A stretch of 64,000 bases of DNA. Source: Dimorphilus gyrociliatus (lineage: Eukaryota; Animalia; Annelida). The stretch lies in contig CAJFCJ010000024.1 in assembly GCA_904063045.1 (NCBI GenBank), positions 739,777 through 803,776 on the forward strand, read 5' to 3'. The number at the start of each line of letters is the position of its first letter. Within the stretch, counting starts at the first letter, position 1. Shown in pieces: positions 26,398-39,962 of this stretch. A program made the translations under genes and the position numbers. A model generated the notes under the pieces. That model saw nothing but the letters and a program-made list of their open reading frames with translations. It searched no databases and had not been told where the DNA came from.

Positions 26398-28113
26398 TTA
26401 GTTATATCCTGGCCCTCGAGGGTTGGGAAACTGTCCTTGTACTCTTGGATAACCACTTCCGACGAATGTAGAAGTTTTAGCATATGGATTTGTTCCACCT
26501 GGTCCTTGACTTGGTGCCCCCTGTGGTGGAAAAGGCGTAATTTGTTGTCCTGGATTTGATTGCGCCATTTGGGGATTTGGAGAAGGGTAAGGATGTTGTG
26601 GAGCCGATGGTTGAGAATAGTTACTTTGGTTTGTTGATGGAGAAGGCTGTGCTGAAGAGTGTACTTGCTGAATCTGCTGGGGGATAGCCTGCTTAATGAT
26701 CAGAATAAAATATTATATAGTATCGTTCTTTGAACAACATAAATAATATCATATCTACTTGTTGAGCATGTTGTGGCTGCTGTTGTTGTGGTAATTGCTG
26801 TTGATGTGGTTGTTGCTGTTGTTGTTGTTGTTGCTGCTGCTGCTGTTGATGATGATAATATTGCATATTTTGCTGGTACACTTGTTGAGGCTGGGTAGCT
26901 GAAGCATATGGTTGGTGCTGCTGTTGTTGAGATGCCGGAGGTTGGTAAGCTCCTATTGGCTGTGGGACATGCTGGGGTGTCGAATGAGTTGATCGCTGAA
27001 GGGAATTTTGGCTGGAGACGCTATCCGGTGTACCTGTTCTGGCTAAGAAATAAAAGCTTATATTTGTTCTTTAATCATTATTTAGAAAAATTTGATAAAA
27101 ACTCACCTGGACCTTGGGCTTGGGTAACAGTATCACCGTAACCGAACGAGGAACTAAGTTTTTCTTTTTGTTTCTGTTCTTCTGTTTTATTCAGTGGATC
27201 GAATTCAGTACTTGCAGCGTTATTTATCGGGTATTGACCTTGATTTTTAGGTTCCGAAGGTGCAGGAATAGAAGCCTTAGAATTTTCTGCGTTGGTAGCG
27301 ATTGTCGAAGTCTCGGCCTTGGCGGTCGATTTCGATTCGTCATCAGGGTTGGCTGGTTCAAATTCATCTAATAAGCTGTTCACCTTGTCCCGAATCCTCT
27401 TTAATTCACTTCTAATGTGTTTAACTTCGTTACTTTCCAATCTCTTTGGTTTGCCGTTGACTAAACAATTAAAAAAATGAAAAACAAACAAATGAAAACA
27501 ATAGATACTTTAGATAAGAGAATCGTGTCTTTTATGTTTTTCTTTAAAATTCCTCATTTTTTGAAGTCAATAATTGATTATAAAAAACTTGATATCATTT
27601 ATATTTAATGTCTCTTCGTATTTCTATATTTATCTATTAAGAATTGAATGCTTATACTTTACCAAAGAGAGTTAATTTTAACACCCGACTAGATTGAATA
27701 GCAAATGATAGATCTGCACTATCAGCAAGAGTTATCAAGTCGCCATCTATATAAAATAAATATATGTATATGTTTATTTTTAAAACTTTATCAATTAATT
27801 GTTTTAACTCGTCTATATACCTTCATCTGTATATTTCAATACTATTGTGTCATTACTCTTTAAATGGCCTCGAAAAACTCGCTCCATCATAAGTACTAAT
27901 TCATCGTATGTTATATCTTCGTTATAAATCGGGATACGTCTCACGTCATCCCCTAATCTTACCTAAAAATATTAATATTTGTTAAATGTAACAAGTTTAT
28001 TAAGTAGAAAAACATACTTTAATTACTAATGCCCCATTGTCCATTCGAGTTTTTGACGTATGATTTGCATTTTGCGGATTATATGAACCATCTTGATCTA
28101 TTTGTCTACTCAT
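26398..28113 (-). CDS. TFG: TRK-fused gene protein (PB1 domain, coiled coil, P/Q-rich tail; COPII/ER exit factor)
   Basis: [30 protein letters not shown] and [16 protein letters not shown]; [20 protein letters not shown] coiled coil; RTGTPDS; C-terminal NPY..GPGY. Confidence 0.95.
26812..26850 (-). repeat. CAA/CAG poly-glutamine tract within TFG
   Basis: [16 protein letters not shown] in the ORF track; (TGT/TGC)n on the plus strand. Boundaries approximate. Confidence 0.8.
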
Positions 28114-28463
28114 TATTAATTTTCTTGAATTTTTATTAATGCAATTCGTAAAAACCAAATCGAAATAGGGTTTTTTCAGAGAAATTTAAGTAGTCGGGGA
28201 AAAACGACAACTCACTAATTGAAAAGGATCCAAACATAAACTTACAGTGTCCACAATATGGCTGATATCGGACGATAAATTCGATATATTTATCAAAAAA
28301 TATTTGTAATAGACAGACAACAAAATCGATTAATGCATATCGAAAAAATCGCTTATAGCTGATAAATAAATATAAATATATATAGATGAATACATATATA
28401 TATATGTATCTTAGGCCTATCCAGTGACTAATAATCAAGAGAATATTTTGTTTATCTTTAGCT

Positions 28464-29797
28464 ATGAAGAAATTATGGAATACTTTATGTCTATTAATCA
28501 TAGTATCGACAATATATAAGGTAGAATCAAAAGATGCAACACCAATCGTTCTATGGCATGGAATGGGTAAATAAAAACTATACAATAAACCTGTTATATA
28601 CTTATTTAATTGAAAAGTTAAGGAGTGAGTATAAACTTTAAATTGGAAAACATGTAATTGAATAGGTGATAGCTGCTGTAATCCATTGAGTATGGGATCA
28701 ATAAAATCATTGCTAGAGAAACAAATAACCGGTGTTTACGTTAGATCGCTTGAAATTGGCAGCAATGTTATAGAGGTAAGATAATTTTTCCCCTTAATGA
28801 TTGATAATAAGGAAGAATAATATTTTTACTAAAAAGGATACAGAAAATGGATTTTTAATGAATGCAAATGATCAAGTTGATCTTGTTTGTAAAAAGTTGA
28901 AAAGTGATAAGAAATTAGAGAATGGCTACAATGCTATGGGTTTTTCTCAAGGAGGACAATTCTTGTAAGTATAATATTCAATATTCATAAATGATTTATA
29001 ACTATACTTTCTAACAATCTCTTTTTAGGAGAGCTATTGCTCAACGATGTCCAACTCCACCAATGAAGAATCTTATATCAATTGGTGGACAACACCAAGG
29101 CGTCTACGGTATTCCACACTGTCCAGGAAAAAGTTCTATTTGTAATTACGTAAGAAAAATGCTGAATTACGGTGCATATGTTAGTTTTATTCAAAATCAG
29201 TAAGTACATTTATACATACAGTATATGAACAATTACTTATTCTAATAAGATATTTTTGTCTAGTATTACACAAGCTGAATATTGGCATGATCCTTTAAAC
29301 GAAGATGAATATAAGAAATATAGTATCTTTCTAGCTGATATTAATCAAGAAAGGGTAAATATATTATATAATTCATTTATAATATTCAGATATAGATATA
29401 CTGTATATATAAACACAATACTTTCTCTTTTTATAGAAAATCAATGAGAGCTATAAAGAAAATTTACAAAAATTAAACAATTTTGTTATGGTTATGTTTA
29501 ATAAAGACACTATGGTCCAACCAAAAATATCTGAGGTTAGACGCTTTAATAAACATTCTTTTAAGAAAAAGTTCATTAAACTATCATGATGCTTTTCAGT
29601 GGTTTGGTTTTTATAAAAGAGGAAGTGTTAATGAAACATTCACTTTAAAAGAAAGCGATATATATATTCAGGACAAACTTGGTTTAAAAGAGATGGATAA
29701 TAAAGGACAATTGCATTTTTTATCTGTTGAAGACGACCATCTACGCATAAGTGATACTTGGCTAATTAATAACATCATTGATAAATTTTTAATCTAG
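28464..29797 (+). CDS. PPT1: Palmitoyl-protein thioesterase 1, head-to-head with TFG (350 bp between ATGs)
   Basis: Signal peptide; [19 protein letters not shown]; nucleophile motif GFSQGGQF; GGQHQGVYG; QAEYWHDP; C-terminal EDDHL. Confidence 0.95.
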
Positions 29798-31225
29798 ACC
29801 AATCTTTTATTTTTACTACCAAGCTTTTTATTTCTATCTAAGGGTCTTTTCTATTTGTACACGTGACAAACTAATACAAAAATAACTATGAAAAATACTC
29901 TTATTTTAAACTATAGATGTGTTGTTTGATAGTTAAACAAACATCTGCTTCCATCTTGAGGTTATCTTTGTAAGGAAAACTTCTTGCAAAGGCGGCGTGG
30001 TATGTAAGTTCTTAATAAGTTGTAAATTTAGCTCAATGATTTGGTTCATTAAATCTTTACGAACCTGCGGAAGTTAATTCTCATTAGGTGATCATTTGCA
30101 TATTATATACTTGTATAAAATTTACAAGTATATTTACGTTTTCGAATACAAGAAACAAGAAAAAAGCATATTTTTTTTACTAATAAGATTTCTTATAATC
30201 TTTGAAACTTAGTATACAAAATAAGTGTAAACAAAGTAATCTTAATAGGCTTATATTCTTTATTAAAAAGTTAATCATATTGAATTATTTAATAAGAAAT
30301 AGTAATTTTAAAGAAGCGCTCAGTAACATATATTATAATGATGACAATTTCATAAGAAACATAAATATATGAGTAGCAAAATAAATATTAAAATTATGTA
30401 TAAAGACGTTTTTCATACATTAACATCCACTCAATAATCGGTCCATATAATGTAAGGTCCATCTGAGTAATTTCCTGTTTAGTCTTACTCTATATTTTCT
30501 AATTATATTCCTTCCAATCTTTGGATTGAGAGAAAGAATAATTTTAAAGACGCTAGTTTCTGTTCTATAGAAAATCTGTCTTTCTTTTACTATTCATTTC
30601 CGCTTAGATTGTGCTTAATTGTCAAAATATATATAAATATATATAAATATATATATATATATATACATTTGTATTCAATTTGTAAGTGTTTATCTTCTTC
30701 TGTAGACCATTTTGTATTGAAGAATATAATACATACAGAATAGTAAAGGGGTTTGTTTTATTTGTTATCATTTGACATATTTCTTAAATATAACAAAGTG
30801 ACAATGGCATATCGTTGTAGCATTACTTTATTAAACATTAACAAAGACTACAGAGATAAACAATGATTCTTCGTATAAAAAGACGACAATATTAAAATAT
30901 GTATATGTATGTATGTGTATTTATGTATGTTTGTATGTTTGTTTGTTTGTTTGTATATATATATAAGCAGTCTGCGCTTTTACTTTCTTTTATAGTCAAT
31001 CTCTCATCTTTCCCTTTCTTTACAAAACATCTTACTTTCTGTACAATACGAAATATGAGTTCATTAACCTTATTAGAGTTACTAGGACGTATGTTCTTTT
31101 ACTCTTGTTAAAGACTATTTAAAGTAAATTTTTAATAGATGGAAAAAAACAGAATAGTTATCTTTTGATTCGAGATTAGCAGCGATTAATTTTGTAAAGA
31201 GATATTTTATACAAGTGTATTCATA

Positions 31226-31245
31226 TATACTGTATATACAGTATA
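31226..31245. mobile_element. Representative double Tc1/mariner-type excision footprint (TATACTGTATATACAGTATA, a perfect 20-bp palindrome)
   Basis: TA-CTG-TA and TA-CAG-TA in an AT-repeat context. The same 11-mer recurs 17 times in the window (see findings). The footprint interpretation is inferred. Confidence 0.45.
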
Positions 31246-31745
31246 TGTTTATATCTTTATATATATGAAATACCCAATCCTGTATTTCGTATTTAGTAAT
31301 ATATAATCTGTATTAATAGTAAGAATATATAAATATATCATAGTATATTATTCATATATTATCTGGAAAAGGTTTCTTTTGAAAGGTGTAAGTTTAATGA
31401 TACTAATTGATAAACAACTCTTATACTATAGAATTATCAAGTCATTTTACAAAGATCACGTTAATAAATAAATATATTTGAAAGAATGTCAACTTATCTT
31501 TGTTATTGTTTTAGTGATTTAATAAATTATAATAAACCTCTCTATTTCCAGCTTTTAGGGAGGAATAGAATGATGGTATAACTATTATTATGAAAGCTTG
31601 CCCTAGTGAATAACGATATACAGTATATTCAGTATGTGTATTTCGTAGTTTATTTTTTTAATTCATTGATTGTAACATTTTATTATTACCTGTATTAGCT
31701 ATTCTTAGAATAATTTTTTTATTGCTATGAATACTTTAAGTTTCT

Positions 31746-31759
31746 CAGCGCCCTCTGCT
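31746..31759 (-). promoter_or_regulatory. CTCF-like motif (plus strand CAGCGCCCTCTGCT) upstream of the SLC16 gene
   Basis: Reverse complement AGCAGAGGGCGCTG matches the CTCF core. Confidence 0.45.
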
Positions 31760-32026
31760 CTACAACTAAATAAAAAAACGTGTGTAACACTAAAGCAGGC
31801 CTATTTAAAGCTATTGATCTGATTTACAGCATTCCCACATGGACTACATATAATTTTATGTTATTATTTCTAGAATTAGGGTACATCGATTTGACCTGAA
31901 GTAATTTAACCTTTGGATAGTTGTCAATCTAATCATTCCTAGTACTGAAGAACCTTTAGCCTCTGGGACTGTTTATAGTCCGTTATCTGCAGATTTTCTT
32001 CATTTCTTGTTTCTTAATAACGAGTT

Positions 32027-33997
32027 ATGGACAAAGGATATGCTTGGGTAGTGATGATGGCAACATGCCTCTTGCAAATACTGTATTCGTGTTTATTGAC
32101 ATCATTCGGTATATTTCTAGTCGATATTACGGAAACAACGGCGTATTCAACCGGAAGGATAGCGTGGATTGGTGCTATCGGAGCGACGTTCTGCGGTGTT
32201 AGTGGAGCCTTTACTGGAAATTTTATAGACAGATATGGTTGTAGAAAAGTTGTAATTGTTGGATCATTAATGATTTCTACTGGTTATTTATTAAGTGCCT
32301 TCGTTAGGGTAGTGAGATTAAATAATTAGAATTATCTTTCTCAGTAAAAGAAATATCTATATATCTATAAAATATATTAATATAAGTAACATTTTGGGGC
32401 TTAAAGACGATTGAAAGTTGGTATAACCTATTTCCTATTGCCATTAAATGTTCAAAACCTAATTTATGGCCATTTTTAAAAAACTGACAGAAAGGAAACA
32501 TTTAGTTTATCACCGGTCTCTTCTTATGCTTTTAATTTTTACAATGAATATAAATCTTATTAAGAAATCTCACTACCTAAGAACGTAAACATTCAATACT
32601 TTAGCTTGGGTATATTGGCTGGTATTGGATTTAATTGTTATGCTGTTAGCTCTCACGTTGCAGCATCTCAATGGTTCAGCAAAAGAAAGTCGTTAGCGTT
32701 GTCTATTGTTATGTTTGGAATGAGTTTTGGTATATTTATTTGGGGACCAATTGCTAGATTCCTATCTTTTACTTTTGCGTGGAGAGGCGCCATGTTCGTT
32801 ATTGCTGGAATTCAATTGAATGGTTTAGTTATTGCCCTACTACTTCGACCCCCACCTAAAGAAAAAAAGCCCATTGAAGAACAGGTTAAAAAAGAATTAG
32901 AGGTTCTTATTTTATTTCATTTGTATCTAACCACACCGCCTTATCCCTATCATAAGCGTACCTTGGTTTCATTTGATGTTCTATTTTTAGTAACATTAAT
33001 ATCTGTATTTCCACTAAATAATCCTATACATTGTCTACATTGAACAAATTCTTTGAAAAGATCGTAAAGATACAATGTAATAGATATTTATTTATGTAAT
33101 TGCCTATAAAGAATTTTGCAATAACATTCAAAGGTTATTTTGTATATTAAATTCATAGTTTAGATAAGAAATTAAGAACAATCATTTTGAAAATGTAATA
33201 ATATTGAATAAACAAATATAATTTGTACTTTATTCTTTTACCTTTGTAACAGGTTCAAGAGAAAAAAAATATAACATTTAAACTTTGCGACTTTACATTA
33301 TGCAAAGATTGGCTTTTTATGGTTTACTGTGTTGCTAATTTTTGCCTACTCTTTGGTCACGTTCTACCACTTATTCTTCTACCTACTAAAGCCGAAACGC
33401 TAAAAATAAGTAAAACCAAAGGTGCAGCATTAGTATCCACTCTAGGGGCTTGTTCATGCATTGGTAGACCTATTGTTGGATATTGTGCCGATAAACCATG
33501 GTTCAACAGACGTCTACTGTTTGCTTCGTCGTCTCTTGTCGGTGGACTATTGTCCGCCTTTTCGACCTTGCTAAATACATTCGTCCTCTTAATGGTTTAT
33601 TCATCGCTAATAGGATTTTTTTCCGGTATATAGTTAAATATCTAAATGTATTGTTTATAGATATTACAAGATGTTTGTACTTTAAATATTTTTTCATCTT
33701 ATTAAAGCGTTCTTTATGGCCTTATTTGCTTCCGTTGGTGCTGACTTAGTTGGAATAAATAAAATGCCCAAAGCAGTTGGACTACTTACAACAGCTCACG
33801 GATTTTCTTTTCTATCCAGTATTGCCATATCAGGGCAATTATGCGATTTTACTGGAAATACTGACGCCAGTTTTTTACTTGCAGGAGTAATTCAAACATT
33901 TTCAGGAATTTTGGCTTTTACAGTCTATTTTATCCATAAGAGGAGACTAAGACATAAAGAAGTCAAGATAAATACACTTATAGATGGCAAAATATGA
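32027..33997 (+). CDS. Monocarboxylate transporter, SLC16/MCT family, 4 coding exons
   Basis: DKGYAWVVMMA (DGGWGW variant); FIDRYGCRKV; SQWFSKRKSLALSI; WRGAMFVIAGIQLNG; GRPIVGYCAD; GQLCDFTGN. Confidence 0.9.
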
Positions 33998-34473
33998 AAA
34001 TAAAGGTTTTAAAGAACTCAATTTCGCAAAGTGTATAGGAAATGAACTGACTAGAAATAAAAATGGATAAACTAAAATATACCAACGAATTGATGACATT
34101 TTTTTGTTGATAATGCTCTTTTTCTTTTCTTTTTTTTCATTATTCATTGTTCTTAAAGAGTATAGTAATAATAAAACCAAACCACAACTAATAACATATA
34201 TATACAGTACATATAGTATATATTTCTTATTGTTTTTATATTTATAAACATCATTTATCTTTTTTAAAAATTTCTCTAACAATCTTCTTTCTTCCGCTTT
34301 CTAAAGAATTAAAAATAAACTCTATATAGAGAAAATAAACACTCAAAGGGTTAGCATCTTTTTCCTATTTCTTCTTATTCTTCTTTTTTTTACTTCATTC
34401 TTGACATCTTTCTTTAATCTTTCTAACCTTCTGTACTTTACTCACGAAATGCTCTAATTTATGATAAGGTACA

Positions 34474-35009
34474 ATGTATTTAAAGGACAGGACTATTAGA
34501 TCAAAAAAAACTGATTGTCTCAGAAATTCTTTTAATAGACTTCGTAGTTTTATACGAAGTTGTTTTTATACGGAAAGTGATGATTTCTATTATAAACGAA
34601 AGGCGAATATTAATAGAAGAGATGAAAAATTTAATCTTTTATTAAGGAGAAAGAATAAAGAGTTTACATATAAAAATATGGGCGTGAAAGAAAACGACGA
34701 CCAAACTGAACACGGCATTTACGACGAAGACAACGATGATGACGACGATGACGTTGGAGATGATGGTGATACTGATATTGACGACGATAATAATAAGATT
34801 GATGAAAATATTGATAAGAACGAATATATTTTAAAAGAAGATAAAGGTAATTGGAAAGAACGAGAAAGAGGAAGAGACGGGAATAATTATGAAATGGATG
34901 TTAAAGAAGGAGCTTCAAATTCAATTCAACGAGAAAGTAATATAAATTAAATAATAAGTTATTAATTAATTCATAATTAACTTATCAAATATATCTATCT
35001 ATAAATAAT

Positions 35010-35041
<32 letters not shown>

Positions 35042-35743
35042 CTGTATATATATATATATTATATGTACATTCAAGTTGAAAATGTTGATAGTATGTCTGG
35101 TAGTCAAGTAACAGTCTCTGAAAAAAGTTTGAAGTTGCAGCCTACAAAACCAGATTACGTACCAAATACAGTTTGGAAAGATGAAGGAGAGAAGAATCTA
35201 CTTGAAAGTCTAAAGGAAAAGGATTTAAAAGGCAAAGAAAGATTGGATAGTACAGAATTTTACTACCTAAGGCTAAGAAAGATGTTTTTAAAGAATTATG
35301 AAAATATTGATCATCTTTTAACAGATGGAAAAGATTTAGATATTATGAAATTACTTAGTAGAATAATTATAAGAACGGCAAATAAACTTAAAGAAGCAGG
35401 GAAAAAGGGACATAAGAAAGATATGGAATCCGTTCAAAGTATTCTAGATAGACACTTTGAGAATAAAAAAACAAAATTACCTGCTATAAGCTTTGAGAAT
35501 TTATATGATCGTTATTTGACCAATTACGGCAAAAAGCAATATATTAAGAGACCTAATGCCTCTACTCAAACCGTCAAAGTTTCATCAAGACTTCTTGGAA
35601 TTAACGATGGCATCGATAGGCCTAAAAATAGCACAGAAGCGGAAGTTGAGAGAAAAGTTCAAAGCGCTATGGATGAAATTGAATCGGATATATTTACAGA
35701 AACAAATATGAAACATAGAAGAAAAAGAAAGAAGATTTATTAA
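34474..35743 (+). CDS. Uncharacterised 376-aa charged protein with an Asp-rich tract and basic C-terminus; exons 34474-34936 and 35076-35743
   Basis: Two long ORFs joined by a phase-1 GT-AG intron (139 nt) give 1131 nt in frame. Ends in KHRRKRKKIY. The start codon is uncertain. Confidence 0.55.
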
Positions 35744-36611
35744 AGTAAAAATAAAGTTTAATTGAATAATATTTATTTATTATATATATATATATATATA
35801 AAGTGTATATATACTATAAATATACAGTATATACACTGTCTATATATATAGTGTATCAAGTACTTTATAGTGACCTTATGTAAATTTATAGTTTTATCCT
35901 TCTCATTAATCAAAAACTAATTAATTGTATAAGAACAAAACAAAAATTAATTAATCATTTCTTTAATAAGTAAACAAAGAACTATTATTATTATTTCTTC
36001 TATTAGCCTAGTTATGGCTATTAAATCAAATTAATAGAGTGGAACGAAGATCATCCTGCTTTTAATAAAAAAATAAAAATATCTATTTTCCTAATTAACT
36101 TTATATCTTAATTGATTTTTTTCCTTCTTATAGATATTCAAATATCTCTATGTATATATATATATATCTATATACTCATATATTATTATAATATTAAAGA
36201 TGAATAAATAGGTTAGCGTCGCTTTTCTATTGTGCTTTGCTCTTTTATTATTATAAACCATAGTGTTTTTAGTATTTAATATCTTGTATAAAAAAATATT
36301 AACAAAATACTCGCGGAAAAGTTCCTTTCCTCCTTCTTTTAACAAATAGAGGGATAGAGAGATAGAGTAAGGGTTAGGAAGAAAAAAAATAACAATATAG
36401 AGATACTGCATATTTTCATATATAGATATAAATATACAATATATTATTATATATAGTTTTAATATTAATTATTGTTTATGTAGTAAGAGAGAAGAAAACG
36501 TTTAAATAATAATATAATCCTTCTTTTTTTTCCCATTTTTAATAAATTTCATTTTAAAACAAGGATAATATTTTCTTTATTGTTTGCCATCTTTTCTTCT
36601 CTTCTATGATG

Positions 36612-37264
36612 TTAAGAAAAACAGCAAAATATCTTCTTTTTTAAAGAAGACATTTTCTTTTCTTCATTTTCTTTAAAAGTCTTTTTGATATTTGTCTTAT
36701 CATTTTTCATACATCTAGTTAAAATATGTCTCTTTTCTTCTCTGCTGTTTCGTTGAATTGGAACAGGGTTTTGTACAACAGATGTTATAGTGGAAAATTG
36801 GCATTTCTCGTCGTTTTCAGATTGCATAGCCATTTGAATATAAGCCAACGGACATGGATTCTTCAAATGACTACCTAATCCAGTATTTCGAGCTAGGGTA
36901 AAAAGCATTTCATTGAAATATCATCTTTTTATCATTCCACTAAATTATATTTATACATTAGAACATCATTTTCCATCGATATTGTTACTACGTACGCCTA
37001 CGATATATGCAAATTGTCTAACAACTAAGCCTATTATCTTCAAATTGACTCTCCCACATTACGTATTTTTATCCACTTGAAATAATAAAATTTAGGCTAT
37101 AATTATGTTGCTATATAATATATCTCCAAATTAATCTTTATATATAATACATCGCTTATTATTTAGGGCAGTTTAACTATACATAAAAAAAGGAATGAAA
37201 AACATAAAGAATGAAATATAAAGCTATAATTAAAAACGTAATTTTTTAATTATTGTTAATGATG

Positions 37265-37295
<31 letters not shown>

Positions 37296-37941
37296 TTAAA
37301 AACTGATTGAAATCACTATTAATTGTTTTTTGCACGTGTTAACCTACTATAATTAATGGGAGATATATGAAATTAATGCATTCAAAATACAGTAAAACTT
37401 ACTTGAAAAATAGCATAGTAATGTTGGTAAACTTGAAAATTTTATCCAGAATATTTTAACTAAATAATACTTTTCGTCGTCACATTTTTCAATTTTATAA
37501 TTGTTTACACATAAGCTTTTTGAAATTTGGCTTATTTGTAGAACTGACAATACATAGCCACTTGATGTATGTGAACTTCCTCTTACAAGGAAAGTTCCAG
37601 GTTCTGCTGCAAGTTGTAAACTTTTTTCAGCTATTGTTCTATTCAGTTCTGGGTATAACCATCTATAGTGAAAGCAAAGTTATTCAATATACAGTATATG
37701 CATTATGTATAAAACATACAGTAATCGTGAACAATGTATAAAACATAACAATTACATTTATACAACTACAAAGAAATCAACAGGCTACTTTGAAAGGAAG
37801 CCCGGAAGTGTCCTTATATAGTATAAACTGTATATATAAAATATATATACTGTATATATATATATATACATATATATGAAATATACAGTACTGTACTTAA
37901 AAATTAGGATAACAACAGCCAAATAATAATAAACAAAACTG

Positions 37942-37981
<40 letters not shown>

Positions 37982-38217
37982 CTTTCTTTGAGAATTTTCT
38001 GCGTATCTCCAAAAAATTTTGTACTCGTAACGTATAATTCCCTGCCGACTGATTATTAGTTCTTCTTTAATTATATAATATCAAAACATAGAGTATAACT
38101 ATACTCTATATATATTAACACATATTTAATGGAATTTAATATAAACATACTTTTTTCCTCTTCATCTTCGCTCACAGTTGCTGGATTACAGTTTGCTTCT
38201 CGTAAAGTATTTGGCAT
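36612..38217 (-). CDS. SH2-domain-only protein, about 236 aa, ending KKKIFCCFS; exons 38217-38151, 38041-37982, 37812-37770, 37662-37403, 36892-36612
   Basis: Exon 37662-37403 reads WLYPELNRTIAEKSL..EPGTFLVRGSS..GYVLSV..NYKIEK..YYLV..FSSLPTLLCYF; the next exon gives GLGSHLKNPC. This is a complete SH2 signature with the FLVR Arg. The three 5' exons are less certain. Confidence 0.8.
37945..37978. repeat. (CT)n microsatellite; similar tracts near 1465, 1795, 14590, 16780 and 37265
   Basis: Direct dinucleotide repeat. Confidence 0.95.
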
Positions 38218-39155
38218 GACTTGTTTCCTCCTAATCTCATTCCCATTCCTATTTACGAATGTTGAAAATATAAACAATAGTATTGTTTTCTATTAAGATT
38301 TAACGTTGCAAAAGAAAGAATAAGAGTAAAAAAAACATACAGGTTTTTTTAAAAAAAGAAATCATCTAAAAGAGTATATAAATTGTTACAAAGTGCTTTC
38401 TATAAGTGATAGGAATGGATAATAGCAATATAACATTAATCATTGTGACTTTATATTATTTAAAACGACTTTTCAGTTTTTTTCATTCTTTAATGATACG
38501 AAACAAGTTGAGTAGATAAGTTATCAAAAACATTGTATTCCAGAGATACCTTGTGACGTAATTCGTTTATTTTTATTTTTAATTAGATAAGAAACAAATT
38601 TTTAAGTGTTCTTTTAACACCAAAATCTCATTTCCTCTTAAAAATTTTGACTATCGAAAAAATACAAGAGAAAATAGATAACTTTTATTATATTTGTTTC
38701 AAAAATCACCTTTCAATCTTCTTTAGAATATTCCATAGGAAAAAGTTGATGAGAAAAAAAAAGAAAAAGAGTACCAAAATGGATAGGGAGTAGGATACAA
38801 GTGGGAGGAGTGGGAGAAGGGAGAGGGGGAGGGAAATGAGAATAAATGGGGAATACATATAAAAGGAGAATAGAAAATAATTAATTAATTGATTTTTTTT
38901 TGTTAAATGAGGAACAATTAAAAAAAAATCCATTATTAATTAACAAAAATGGAATGTAAATTTTTCAAAATATAGACAAATTATACATACATTTATTAAA
39001 GATAATCATGACTTCGGTGCGATAGAGTTGTATAGTCTTATATGTTGAGATATAACACTTGCTCAGGCATTTGCATGAGAAACGATGTATTATAATTTCC
39101 TGTTAATCTTTTAAAGATACAGACACAGAGTGCAGAGAAGATTCTTTATCTGTAA

Positions 39156-39171
39156 TAGCGCCATCTACGGG
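39156..39171 (-). promoter_or_regulatory. CTCF-like motif (plus strand TAGCGCCATCTACGGG) between the SH2 gene and the collagen gene
   Basis: Reverse complement CCCGTAGATGGCGCTA matches the CTCF consensus. Confidence 0.5.
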
Positions 39172-39949
39172 AGAGATATAATAACCATATATGTTATTAC
39201 TTTTTAAGTAATTTTGTCACTTTATCTATTTTTTATTATTATCAAAGATAATATTAAAAGATTTATTATAATTCTATTCTTTGAGGGAGGTATTGTAATC
39301 GTTATGCCTTTCTTTTCTGAACTATTCAATTGTTATTCATTAAAGCGAAATTATGCACTAATAATATGCATATTTATGAGTAAGGCCTATATATTTAGAA
39401 CTAGAATATAATATAAAATTCTGAGATATGTAAAAAAGAGATACTAACATAAACGTATATGCCTAATTACTTGCATAACCCACTTCTTATTATTGAGATG
39501 TACTAAAATTCTTCAATAAAACTTTATAATTACCGGAATAAAAAGCGATAAAGTTTCATAATTTATTCATTGCTTTATTGTTAATCACTAATAAAAATTC
39601 TATCAAAACGATCCCGTTATCATAAGTAAAAAATGAGAATATGTATTATATTAGTATGTACAACATTACTGTATATACCTCTTACACTATATGTAAATTA
39701 CAATATACAATGTAATATACAGTATATTGTATAAATACTCTTCGAATCTAATGGAGATGGCTAGCAATAAACAATTTTTATTCTTTAAAAAAAATATGGT
39801 CTATTGTTATCGATAATGGCATAAATATAGAAAGAGAGAGAGAGAGACAGAGACAGAGAGAGACAGAAAAGTCCTATATTAGAAGACCTGGGAATTAAGC
39901 GTAGGAGTTTCTTTTTAAAATGAGTAAATATAAGTACAGTATAATTTTA

Positions 39950-39962
39950 TCACGTGACGTCA
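39950..39962. promoter_or_regulatory. Overlapping E-box plus CRE (TCACGTGACGTCA), 840 bp upstream of the membrane collagen ATG
   Basis: CACGTG and TGACGTCA overlap in a single 13-mer. Confidence 0.4.

Noticed and set aside
26680-26760. Apparent non-canonical splice junction in the last TFG intron
   Set aside because: Frame arithmetic shows the GT donor at 26758 and the AG ending at 26692 join in phase, so the junction is canonical.
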